A DNA stretch of 64,000 nucleotides from contig CM059432.1 in assembly GCA_030390025.1 (NCBI GenBank), positions 8,742,001 through 8,806,000 on the forward strand, read 5' to 3'. Every line of letters starts with the position of its first letter. Within the stretch, counting starts at the first letter, position 1. Positions 1-11,800 of this stretch are shown in pieces. A program made the translations under genes and the position numbers. The DNA comes from Squalus acanthias. Its lineage: Eukaryota. A model generated the notes under the pieces. The model saw nothing but the letters and a program-made list of their open reading frames with translations, was not told the origin of the DNA and made no database searches.

Positions 1-291
1 TTGCTGGTGGACATGGTCGGTAAATGAAGTCCTTCATACAATTTCCAAAGCGTTTCCAGTCTCCAGAAGAATCAAGGCTGCTTGCAGGCCTTAAATCCAA
101 CAGCATTGACGTCATCGGCGGCGACTTTCTGTATGAAAAGACTCATTGGGCCAGTGGTTCCCACATGCAGGAAATCAATTGCCCAATTAGGGGAAAATCC
201 CACTTTTTCAACACTTCACTTAGGAGTCGGGGTCCTGACACGATTTCCACCTGACACGCCCCAGCCCGCCCACACTGACAAAATCCAGCCC
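1..291. mobile_element. Terminal part of a non-autonomous PIF/Harbinger-type element (GGGCTGGATTTT TIR family)
   Basis: Ends in AAAATCCAGCCC (280-291). The reverse complement of ~82-291 aligns by eye with the left ~190 bp of the 34257-35061 element (GGGCAATTGA..CATGTGGGAACC..GAAAGTCGCC). Left boundary not seen. Confidence 0.7.
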
Positions 292-944
292 GACGCCTCC
301 AGCACTCAATGTGATATGAATGGAGAAGTGTCATCCCAGAAAGGGGCTCGATTGGGATTTGGCTTTCTTTAATGCGCTGCTGATTAAGCTGACCTTTAGA
401 CTGTGTAATGATGTCCTGCTCTTAGCCTGAATATTAAACAGTACAATTCAATTTCACAGAGACTCCGCACTAACTTCAATAAAGAAAATAATTCAGTCTT
501 GCGACGCTCACATGGGATTTTCCCAGCAATGTGCCAGCACACACGGAGTCGAAATAATTCACTTATTTAAAATACCCAAACTTAGTCAGGTTCTGTAATC
601 AATGCAAATTATTTTGTCATGCAAAGGCGCATTTCCCTGACTTGTAGTTTTTAATGGAAGAATTGTTGCCATTCCAATTATAGTCTTCAATGGAGATATT
701 TCAAGCAATTTCTAGTCAAGGCCTAAATCTTTGGTTTCCATTTCAAGTGCCAGAGCTTATCATTTTTATGAAGTACCTTAGATAATATGTCAGACGTGCA
801 TGCTGGGGAGGCTGTATTCTAAGAACAAGTAGCTGGAAAAGCTGTCAGATGCTGTTGTTAATTCCTTACTGACTTTAGGTCATGATTGCTGAGACTATAC
901 AACTGCCAGTTAAATGCTAAAATGTATTACGACGCCAGGTTAAT

Positions 945-1061
945 GTGGCAGATCTTGACTTTGGCCGAAAGCGTGATGGCGAGGCGGCAGCCCGTTTTTT
1001 GCATCTCTCCCGATTCGCTCTCCCCCGTTTTACACTAACGCACAAAGTCGAAATCTGCCCC
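945..1061. mobile_element. 117-bp Harbinger-type (Tourist-like) MITE
   Basis: Imperfect 18-bp TIRs GTGGCAGATCTTGACTTT / AAAGTCGAAATCTGCCCC, flanked by an AAT duplication (942-944, 1062-1064). Confidence 0.7.
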
Positions 1062-1087
1062 AATCAATCTGAAGAAAGAATGAACCA

Positions 1088-1370
1088 AAAGAAAGACTTG
1101 CATTTATATAGCGCCTTTCACGACCTCAGGACGTCCCAAAGCGCCTTATTTTTACTTTTTGAAGTGTAGTCACTGTTGTAATGTAGGAAACGGGACCGCC
1201 AATTTGCGCACAGCAAGATCCCACAAAAAAGCAATGTGATAATGACCAGATAATCTGTTTTTTAGTGATGTTGATTGAGGGATAAATATTGGCCCCAGGA
1301 CACCAGGGAGAGCTCCCCCCCTGCTCTTCTTCGAAATAGTGCCGTGGGATCTTTTACGTCCACTTGACAG
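1088..1370 (-). mobile_element. DeuSINE (SacSINE1-like) 3' portion
   Basis: Reverse complement of the SINE body and tail seen at 50759-51124 (GATCCCA.GGCACTATTT.GAAGAAGAGCAGGGG ... AAATGCAAGTCTTTC). Confidence 0.8.
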
Positions 1371-1649
1371 AAATTCCACTTCACAACTGTCTGACTAGTT
1401 GGAACAGAGACATGAACTGTTTAAAGTGACTACAATTTGAGTTTGCTTTTGGAGCCTAATGAAAGAATTGGAGTTGGCTTTTGAAATATTAGTTGGATGT
1501 TCTGCATTCTACCTAGAGAATAGGATCCTTTTGAACTGTTACATTTTTCGTTAAGTTTATTTACTTCTTTATTTTATTTCCCTTCTCACAGAGAGATGTG
1601 CATAGCTTGCAGGTAATGTGAGGGGGCAGGAAGATGAGAAGGATTTATG

Positions 1650-2150
1650 TGATTGCACTGGAGAGGGTAGAGAGGAGATTTACGAGGATATTGCCTGGGC
1701 TGGGGAATTGTAGCTATGAGGAAAGATTGGATAGGCTGGGGTTGTTTTCTTTGGAACAGAGGAGGCTGAGGGGAGATTTAATTGAGGTGTATAAAATTAT
1801 GAGGGGCCCAGATAGGGTGGATAGGAAGGACCTATTTCCCTTAGCAGAGAGGTCAATAACCAGGGGGCATAGATTTAAAGTAATTGGTAGAAGGATTAGA
1901 GGGGAGTTGAGGAGAACTTTTTTTCACCCAGAGGGTGGTGGGGGGTCTGGAACTCACTGCCTGAAAGGGTGGTAGAGGCAGAAACCCTCATCGCATTTAA
2001 AAAGTACTTGGATATGCACTTGAAGTGCTGTAACCTACAGGGCTACGGACCAAGAGCTGGAAAGTGGGATTAGGCCAGATAGCTCTTTTTCGGCCGGCAC
2101 AGACACGATGGGCAAATGGCCTCCTTCCGTGCTGTAAATTTCGATGATTC
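1650..2150 (+). mobile_element. CR1/HER1-like LINE, 5'-truncated 3' end
   Basis: Encodes the CR1 ORF2 C-terminal motif SYEERLDRLGLFSLEQRRLRGDLIEVYKIM, followed by a 3'UTR ending ..GATGATTCTA. Confidence 0.9.
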
Positions 2151-2261
2151 TATAAGAGAAGCCGAACGTCATCACAAGCTATCGCTACTTCTCCAACTCC
2201 AACACCCTATATGGCTTTCCTCCTTAGGATTTGTAGAGCTTCCATCTTCTGAAAGGGTAAG

Positions 2262-2395
2262 AGAAAGAAAGAAAGACTTACATTTATATCGCGCCTTTCA
2301 CAACCTCAGATTGTCCCAAAGCGCTTTACAGCCAATCAAGTACTATTTGAAGTGTGGTCGCGGTTATAACGTCGGAAACGAGCCAGCCAATTTGT
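2262..2395 (-). mobile_element. DeuSINE 3' tail fragment
   Basis: GAAAGAAAGACTTACATTTATATCGCGCCTTTCACAACCTCAG matches the SINE tail of the other copies. Confidence 0.7.
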
Positions 2396-2950
2396 GAATT
2401 TGCAGTTATTTGAAAATGAAAGGATATGTAAATCGCGTGAGGTAAACTTATCTGACTTGAAAATATTGAAACACAAAAAAAGGAACATGAAGGCGTTCCT
2501 TTCGAATATGACAAATATATCAAAGCGAACTATGGTACTGACATGACAGAAACAAAGAGTCTTTCTGACTGCATACAACAGAGTAAGTTACAAAGCATTA
2601 TGTACAGTGATCTACGAGCAGCGCGAACAAAAGATGACAGATTCTTTACCTGAGGCAAGATTGTGTCCAATTTTTTTTTTTTACCTCCTACTTGATATGA
2701 TCCAGCATTTAGGAACCTTTTGAAACGAGGTCATTTAAGAAGGTGAATCAAAGAGCTTTTGAAGTAGTTTATTTGTACTTGTTAAAGGCCTGTGGCATTG
2801 CTTACAGGCAATTGAAAAGAAAAAAAAGTGTCCCCGCTTTGCTGTAATTGTATATTTGCGCGTCTTATATTCTTTCTCTCGATTTAAACACATAACCAAA
2901 ATTGATACTTCAGTGCAATACTGAGGGAGTGCGGCATTGCAGGAGTTTCT

Positions 2951-4904
2951 GGCCGAGAAATTTGTTCACTCCAGCCTGCGAATGTGTCGGCCCCGTGAAC
3001 ACCCAATATTGGGCCTCGGGCCGACATTTACGTGAGACCGGTGAGCTGCAGACGCCTTCTGGGATTCTCCAGGCAGCTCGCTGGCGAAGTCGGTTATAAT
3101 TCCGGGCTCCTGCTGTGCGCCGGCAACGGGCCTCGGATAAATCTGGCGAAGCTGGGTGTGGGGGGGCAGCGATCGGGAGGGGCAGGGTCAATCGGGGAGG
3201 AGAGGGGCGAATGGGAGGGAGGGGGGGTGACTGGGAGGGGGAGGGGGGTGATCGGGAGGGTCACAGGTCAATCGGGGAGGAGAGGGGCGAATGGGAGGGA
3301 GGGGGGGTGACCGGGAGGGGGAGGGGGGTGATCGGGAGAGGGGCTATCGGGAGGGAGGGGGGCGATCGGGAGGGAGGGGGGCGATCGGGAGAGGGGCTAT
3401 CGGGAGGGAGGGGGGCGATCGGGAGGGAGGGGGGGCGATCGGGAGAGGGGCTATCGGGAGGGAGGGGGGCGATCGGGAGGGAGGGGGGCGATCGGGAGAG
3501 GGGCTATCGGGAGGGAGGGGGGCGATCGGGAGAGGGGCTATCGGGAGGGAGGGGGGCGATCGGGAGGGAGGGGGGCGATCGGGAGAGGGGCTATCGGGAG
3601 GGAGGGGGGCGATCGGGAGGGAGGGGGGCGATCGGGAGGGAGGGGGGCGAACGGGAGGGAGGGGGGCGATCGGGAGGGAGGGGGGCGATCGGGAGGGAGG
3701 GGGGCGAACGGGAGGGAGGGGGGCGATCGGGAGGGAGGGGGGCGATCGTTAGGGAGGGGGGCGAATGGGAGGGAGGGGGGCGAACGGGAGGGAGGGGGGC
3801 GATCGGGAGGGAGGGGGGCATACGGGAGGGAGAGGGGCGAACGGGAGGGAGGGGGCGATCGGGAGGGAGGGGGCGATCGGGAGAGGGGCTATCGGGAGGG
3901 AGGGGGGCGATCGGGAGGGAGGGGGGCGATCGGGAGGGAGGGGGCGAACGGGAGGGAGGGGGGCGAACGGGAGAGGGGCGAACGGGAGGGAGGGGGCGAA
4001 CGGGAGGGAGGGGGGCGAACGGGAGGGAGGGGGGCGAACGGGAGAGGGGCTATCGGGAGGGAGGGGGGCGAACGGGAGGGAGGGGAGCGATCGGGAGGGA
4101 GGGGGGCGAACGGGAGAGGGGCGAACGGGAGGGAGGGGGGCGAACGGGAGGGAGGGGAGCGATCGGGAGGGAGGGGGGCGAACGGGAGGGAGGGGGCGAT
4201 CGGGAGAGGGGCTATCGGGAGGGAGGGGGGCGAACGGGAGGGAGGGGGGCGATCGGGAGGGAGGGGGCGATCGGGAGGGGGGAGGGGGTAAGCGATAAGG
4301 AGGGGGTCGAGCGGGTGCCAGCAATGGTCTTCGACACTGCAGTGGACCCGTTAGGAGCACTTCGGTGGAATGTGCTGAGGATGTGAAAGGATCAACACCA
4401 ATACAATTATTCTTTTTCCATTTCCTTCTTTCTATCTCTCTCTCTGCTTGCCTCTCACATTAATTTTGTTGTTGTCCCTGTCTCTGTTTGTATCAGATTT
4501 TTTTTTCCTTTCCCCTTTCTCTCTGTAAGTCTCTCTATTCGTTAGGAGACCTGAGGAGAGAAGGAGCAGAATTGGTCGGAAGGCTGGGGTGAATCGTTGC
4601 GATATGGAGCACCGCCAGGTGGACAGGCTCCACTACTTTAGACCCTCCATGGTTAGGCCCAAGACCTTCAGCTCCATCACAGGTCACTGTTGTATTATTC
4701 TTCTCACAGGTCATCTTATCGATCTGTGCTGAAAGAGCACTACGTGTAACAGATCACTGAGGTGTTACAACTCCACAGGGTTGAAGTTCGGGAGTGCCCA
4801 TTTTGGCCGGAAATGGGCGCGCAACTCCTGCCCGCCATACAGGGGGATTGGTAGACCTGTTAGTGCTTGAAAAACGGGCAATGCGCGGCCGAATTTATAG
4901 GCCC
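2951..4904. mobile_element. Putative degenerate Harbinger-type non-autonomous element(s) hosting the G-rich minisatellite
   Basis: CpG-rich ends GGCCGAGAAATTT and GAATTTATAGGCCC loosely resemble the TIR of 58734-59475. No matching TSD, so it may be two fragments. Confidence 0.3.
3165..4290 (+). repeat. G-rich minisatellite, 15-20 bp units (GATCGGGAGGGAGGGGGGC and variants)
   Basis: Directly visible tandem units with GATC, GAAC and TATC variants; accounts for the Gly/Arg-rich ORFs at 3115-4386. Confidence 0.95.
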
Positions 4905-4929
4905 ACAAGTCTTCGCAGAAATAGAAGTG

Positions 4930-5092
4930 AAGGATTTGTTAAATAAGGCTGAGATTGACAGATATTTGAGCTATAGGGGAGTCAAGGGTTATGGAGAGCA
5001 GGCGGGAAAGTGGCGTTGAGGCCAAAATCAGATCAGCCATGAGCAGGCTCGAGGGGCCGAATGGCCTACTCCTATTTCTTATGTGCTTATGT
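4930..5092 (+). mobile_element. CR1 LINE extreme 3' end
   Basis: AAGGCTGAGATTGACAGATATTTG..GGCTCGAGGGGCCGAATGGCCTACTCCT..CTTATG tail, typical of shark CR1 3' ends. Confidence 0.75.
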
Positions 5093-5444
5093 TCCAGGTA
5101 TCTGTCTCGTAAGTATGAGATACATCATGGTACAAACAAGCTAATGGAAGTCCACTATTGATTTTCTGAGACCGGTGAGAGCTTGGGGGAAGAATTGCTT
5201 CGTTGCTGAGTGTTGCAATCTCATGCCTGTGCTCAATAAGATTTTCTCTGTCGGTATTTCCAGCAGAAATGTAAATACATTTTTTATATATGCATTTATG
5301 ATCTTAAAATCTGCTGCTCATAGCGAGCATACCAATTCTTCCCCCCAGTGTTCCTGATTATTATATTGACACAAAGTATTGCCAATTGTATACCTTGTCT
5401 GAAATTTATATTTTGTCAAGCGCTGATTACGTACTGGCATATAT

Positions 5445-5828
5445 CTTTTTTTGTAACTCGTTCCGGGATGTGGGCGTCGCTGGCAAGGCCAGCATTTATT
5501 GCCCATCCCTAATTGCCATTCAGAAGGTGGTGGTGAGCCACCATCTTGAACCGCTGCAGTCCGTGTGGTGAAGGTGCTCGCACAGTGCTGTTAGGGAGGG
5601 AGTTCCAGGATTTTGACCCAGCGACGATGAAGGAACGCCGATGTATTTTCAAGTCAGGATGCTGTGTGACTTGAAGGGGAAGTTGGAGGTGGTGGTGTTC
5701 CCATGCGCTTGTTGCCCTTCTCATTCTAGGTGGAAGAGGTCGCGGGTTTGGGAGGTGCTCCTGAAGAAGCCTTGGCAAGTTGCTGCAGTGCATCTTGTAG
5801 ATGGTACACACTGTAGCCACGGTACGCC
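5445..5828 (-). mobile_element. Non-LTR retrotransposon (CR1/L2-group LINE) 3' end, ORF2 C-terminus
   Basis: Minus strand reads HHRRTVATVCTIYKMHCSNLPRLL...RRSFIVAGSKSWNSLP...FKMVAHHHLL*. The SF...WNSLP motif is characteristic of CR1/L2-group ORF2 ends. AATAAA on the minus strand at 5495-5500. Confidence 0.8.
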
Positions 5829-8800
5829 GGTGGTGGATGGGGTGAATATTGAAGGTGGTGGATGGGGTGAATTTATGAAGGTGGTGGATGGGGTGAATAT
5901 TGAAGGTGATGGATGGAGGGTATATTGACGGTGGTGGATGGAGTGAATATTGAAGGTGGTGCATGGGGTGAATATTGAAGGTGGTGGATGGGGTGAATAT
6001 TGAAGGTTGTGGATGGAGTGAATATTAAAGGTGGTGGATGGGGTGAATATTGAATGTGGTGGATGGAGTGAATATTGAACGTGGTGGATGGAGTGAATAT
6101 TGAAGGTGGTGGATGGGGTGAATATTGAAGGTGTCGGATGGGGTGAATATTGAAGGTGGTGGATGGGGTGAATATTGAAGGTGGTGGATGGGGTGAATAT
6201 TGAAGGTGGTGGCTGGGGTGAATATTGAAGGTGGTGGATGGGGTGAATATTGAAGGTGGTGGATGAGGGAATATTGAAGGAGGTGGATGGGTGAATATTG
6301 AAGGTGGTGGATGAGGTGAATATTGAAGGTGGTGGCTGGGGTGAATATTGAAGGTGGTGGATGGGGTGAATACTGAAGGTCGTGGATGGAGTGAATATTG
6401 AAGGTGGTGGATGGAGTGAATATTGAAGGTGGTGGATGGGGTGAATATTGAACGTGGTGGATGGGGTGAATATTGAAGGTGGTGGATGGAGTGAATATTG
6501 AAGGTTGTGGAGGGATTGAATATTGAAGGTGGTGGATTGGGTGAATATTGAAGGTGGTGGATGGGATGAATATTGAAGGTGGTGGATGGGGTGAATATTG
6601 AAGGTGGTGGATGGGGTGAATATTGAAGGTGGTGGATGGGGTGAATATTGAAGGTGGTGGATGGAGTGAATATTGAAGGTGGTGGATGGAGTGAATATTG
6701 AAGGTGGTGGATGTGGTGAATATTGAAGGTGGTGAATGGGGTGAATATTGAAGGTGGTGGATGGGTGAATATTGAAGGTGGTGGATGGGGTGAATATTGA
6801 AGGTGGTGGATGGGGTGAATATTGAAGGTGGTGGATGGGGTGAATATTGAAGTTGGTGGATGGAGTGAATATTGAAGGTGGTGGATGGGGTGAATATTGA
6901 AGGTGGTGCATGGGGTGAATATTGAAGGTGGTGGATGGGGTGAATTTATGAAGGTGTTGGATGGGGTGAATATTGAAGGTGGTGGATGGGGTGAATATTG
7001 AACGGTGGTGGATGGGGTGAATATTGAAGGTGGTGGATGGAGTGAATATTGAAGGTGGTGGATGGAGTGAATATTGAAGGTGGTGGATGGAGTGAATATT
7101 GAAGGTGGTGGATGGAGTGAACATTGAAGGAGGATGATGGGGTGAATATTGAAGGTGGTGGATGGGGTGAATATTGAAGGTGGTGGATGGAGTGAATATT
7201 GAAGGTGGTGGATGGGGTGAATATTGAAGGTGGTGGATGGAGTGAATATTGAAGGTGGTGGATGGGGTGAATATTGAAGGTGGTGGATGGGGTGAATATT
7301 GAAGATGGTGGATGGAGTGAATATTGAAGGTGGTGGATGGGGTCAATATTGAAGGTGGTGGATGGGGTGAATATTGAAGGTGGTGGATGGTGTGATATTG
7401 AAGGTGGGGGATGGGTTGAATATTGAAGGTGGTGGATGGGGTGAATATTGAAGGTGGTGGATGGGAGTGAATATTGAATGTGGTGGATGGGGTGAATATT
7501 GAAGGTGGTGGATGGGGTGAATATTGAAGGTGGGGGATGGGGTGAATATTGAAGGTGGTTGATGGGGTGAATATTGAAGGTGGTGGATGGGGTGAATATT
7601 TAAGGTGGTGAATGGGGTGAATATTGAAGGTGGTGGAGGGAGTTAATATTGAAGGTGGTGGATGGAGTAAATATTGAAGGTGATGGATGGGGTGAATATT
7701 GAATTTAGTGGAGGTAGTGAATATTGAAGGTGGTGGATGGGGTGAATATTGAAGGTGGTGGATGGGGTTAAACTTGAAGGTGGTGGATGGGGTGAATATT
7801 GAAGGTGGTGGATGGAGTTAATATTGAAGGTGGTGGATGGGGTGAATATTGAAGGTGGTGGATGAGGTGAATATTGAAGGCGGTGGATGGGGTGAATATT
7901 GAAGGTGGGGGATGGAGTGAATATTGAAGGTGGTGGATGGGGTGAATATTGAAGGTGGTGGAGGGAGTGAATATTGAAGGTGGTGGATGGGGTGAATATT
8001 GAAGGTGGTGGATGGGGTGAATATTGAAGATGGTGGATGGGGTGAATATTGAAGGTGGTGGATGGAGTAAATATTGAAGTTGGTGGATGGAGTGAATATT
8101 GAAGGTGGTGGCTGGGGTGAATATTGAAGGTGCTGGATGGGGTGACCAATTAAGGTGGTGGATGGGGTGAATATTGAAGGTGGTGGATGGGGTGAATATT
8201 GAAGGTGGTGGATGGGGTGAATATTGAAGGTGGATGATGGGGTGAATATTGAAGGTGGTGGATGAGGTGAAAATTGAAGGTAGTGGATGGGGTGAATATT
8301 TAAGGTGGTGGATGGTGTGAATATTGAAGATGGTGGATGGGGTGAATATTGAAGGTGATGGATGGGGTGAATATTGAAGTTGGTGGATGGGGTGAATATT
8401 GAAGGTGGTGGATGGGNNNNNNNNNNNNNNNNNNNNNNNNNNNNNNNNNNNNNNNNNNNNNNNNNNNNNNNNNNNNNNNNNNNNNNNNNNNNNNNNNNNN
8501 NNNNNNNNNNNNNNNNNNNNNNNNNNNNNNNNNNNNNNNNNNNNNNNNNNNNNNNNNNNNNNNNNNNNNNNNNNNNNNNNNNNNNNNNNNNNNNNNNNNN
8601 NNNNNNNNNNNNNNNNAAGGTGGTGGATGGGGTGAATATTGAAGGTGGTGGATGGGGTGAATATTGAAGGTGGTGGATGGGGTGAATATTGAAGGTGGTG
8701 GATGGGGTGAATATTGAAGGTGGTGGATGGGGTGAATATTGAAGGTGGTGGATGGAGTGAAATTTGAAGGTGGTGGATGGGGTGAATATTGAAGGTGGTG

Positions 8801-11800
8801 ATGGGGTGAATATTGAAGGTGGTGGATGGGGTGAATATTGAAGGTGGTGGATGGGGTGAATATTGAAGGTGGTGGATTGGGTGAATATTGAAGGTGGTGG
8901 ATGGGGTGAATATTGAAGGTGGTGGATGGGGTGAATATTGAAGGTGGTGGATGGGGTGAATATTGAAGGTGGTGGATGGGGTGAATATTGAAGGTGGTGG
9001 ATGGGTGAATATTGAAGGTGGTGGATGGGGTGAATATTGAAGGTGGTGGATGGGGTGAATATTGAAGGTGGTGGATGGGTGAATATTGAAGGTGGTGGAT
9101 GGAGTGAATATTGAAGGTGGTGGATGGGGTGAATATTGAAGGTGTGGATGGGGTGAATATTGAAGGTGGTGGATGGTGTGAATATGAAAGGTGGTCGGAG
9201 GGAGTGCATATTGAAAGGTGGTGGGGGTGAATATTGAAGGTGGTGGATGGGAGTGAATATTGAAGGTGGTGGATGAGGTGAATATTGAAGGTGGTGGATG
9301 GAGGTGAATATTGAAGGTGGTGGATGGGTGAATATTGAAGGTGGTGGATGGGGTGAATATTGAAGGTGGTGGATGGGTGAATATTGAAGGTGGTGGATGG
9401 GGTGAATATTGAAGGTGGTGGATGGGGTGAAATTTGAAAGGTGGTGGATGGGAGTGAATATTGAAGGTGGTGGATGGGTGAATATTGAAGGTGGTGGATG
9501 GAGTGAATATTGAAGGTGGTGGATGGGGTGAATATTGAAGGTGGTGGATGGGTGAATATTGAAGGTGGTGGATGGGGTGAATATTGAAGGTGGTGGATGG
9601 GGTGAATATTGAAGGTGGTGGATGGGGTGAATATTGAAGGTGGTGGATGGGTGAATATTGAAGGTGGTGGATGGGGTGAATATTGAAGGTGGTGGATGGG
9701 GTGAATATTGAAGGTGGTGGATGGGTGAATATTGAAGGTGGTGGATGGGGTGAATATTGAAGGTGGTGGATGGGGTGAATATTGAAGGTGGTGGATGGGG
9801 TGAATATTGAAGGTGGTGGATGGGGTGAATATTGAAGGTGGTGGATGGAGTGAATATTGAAGGTGGTGGATGGGGTGAATATTGAAGGTGGTGGATGGGG
9901 TGAATATTGAAGGTGGTGGATGGGTGAATATTGAAGGTGGTGGATGGGTGAATATTGAAGGTGGTGGATGGGTGAATATTGAAGGTGGTGGATGGAGTGA
10001 ATATTGAAGGTGGTGGATGGGTGAATATTGAAGGTGGTGGATGGAGTGAATATTGAAGGTGGTGGATGGAGTGAATATTGAAGGTGGTGGATGGGTGAAT
10101 ATTGAAGGTGGTGGATGGGTGAATATGAAGGTGGTGGATGGGGTGAATATTGAAGGTGGTGGATGAGGTGAATATTGAAGGTGGTGGATGGGAGTGAATA
10201 ATTGAAGGTGGTGGATGGGGTGAATATGAAGGTGGTGGATGAGTGAATATTGAAGGTGGTGGATGGAGTGAATATTGAAGGTGGTGGATGGGGTGAATAT
10301 TGAAGGTGGTGGATGGAGTGAATATTGAAGGTGGTGGATGGGTGAATATTGAAGGTGGTGGATGGGGTGAATATTGAAGGTGTTGGATTGAGTGAATATT
10401 GAAGGTGGTGGATGGGGTGAATATTGAAGGTGGTGATTGGAGTGAATATTGATGGTGGTGGATGGGTGAATATTGACGGTGGTGGATGGGTGAATATTGA
10501 AGTGGTGGATGGGGTGAATATTGAAGGTGGTGGATGGGTGAATATTGAAGGTGGTGGATGGGTGATATTGAAGGTGGTGGATGGGGTGAATATTGAAGGT
10601 GGTGGATGGGGTGAATATTGAAGGTGGTGGATGGGGTGAATATTGAAGGTGGTGGATGGGGTGAATATTGAAGGTGGTGGATGGGGTGAATATTGAAGGT
10701 GGTGGATGGGGTGAATATTGAAGGTGGTGGATGGAGTGAATATTGAAGGTGGTGGATGGGGTGAATATTGAAGGTGGTGGATGGGTGAATATTGAAGGTG
10801 GTGGATGGGTGAATATTGAAGGTGGTGGATGGGTGAATATTGAAGGTGGTGGATGGGGTGAATATTGAAGGTGGTGGATGGGGTGAATATTGAAGGTGGT
10901 GGATGGGGTGAATATTGAAGGTGGTGGATGGGGTGAATATTGAAGGTGGTGGATGGGGTGAATATTGAAGGTGGTGGATGGGGTGAATATTGAAGGTGGT
11001 GGATGGGAGTGAATATTGAAGGTGGTGGATGGAGTGAATATTGAAGGTGGTGGATGGAGTGAATATTGAAGGTGGTGGATGGGGTGAATATTGAAGGTGG
11101 TGGATGGGGTGAATATTGAAGGTGGTGGATGGGGTGAATATTGAAGGTGGTGGATGGGTGAATATTGAAGGTGGTGGATGGGAGTGAATATTGAAGGTGG
11201 TGGATGGGTGAATATTGAAGGTGGTGGATGGGGTGAATATTGAAGGTGGTGGATGAGGTGAATATTGAAGGTGGTGGATGTGAGTGAATATTGAAGGTGG
11301 TGGATGAGGTGAATATTGAAGGTGGTGGATGGGGTGAATATTGAAGGTGGTGGATGGGGTGAATATTGAAGGTGGTGGATGGAGTGAATATTGAAGGTGG
11401 TGGATGGGAGTGAATATTGAAGGTGGTGGATGGGGTGAATATTGAAGGTGGTGGATGGGAGTGAATATTGAAGGTGGTGGATGGGGTGAATATTGAAGGT
11501 GGTGGATGGAGTGAATATTGAAGATGGTGGATGGAGTGAATATTGAAGGTGGTGGATGGAGTGAATATTGAAGGTGGTGGATGGGTGAATATTGAAGGTG
11601 GTGGATGGGGTGAATATTGAAGGTGGTGGATGGAGTGAATATTGAAGGTGGTGGATGGGGTGAATATTGAAGGTGGTGGATGGGGTGAATATTGAAGGTG
11701 GTGGATGGGGTGAATATTGAAGGTGGTGGATGGGTGAATATTGAAGGTGGTGATGGGGTGAATATTGAAGGTGGTGGATGGGTGAATATTGAAGGTGGTG

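Noticed and set aside
3115..4386. Gly/Arg-rich (RGG or collagen-like) ORFs
   Set aside because: Translation of a G-rich minisatellite that is open in several frames.
8374..8667. ORFs spanning X residues
   Set aside because: Artefacts of the N gap.
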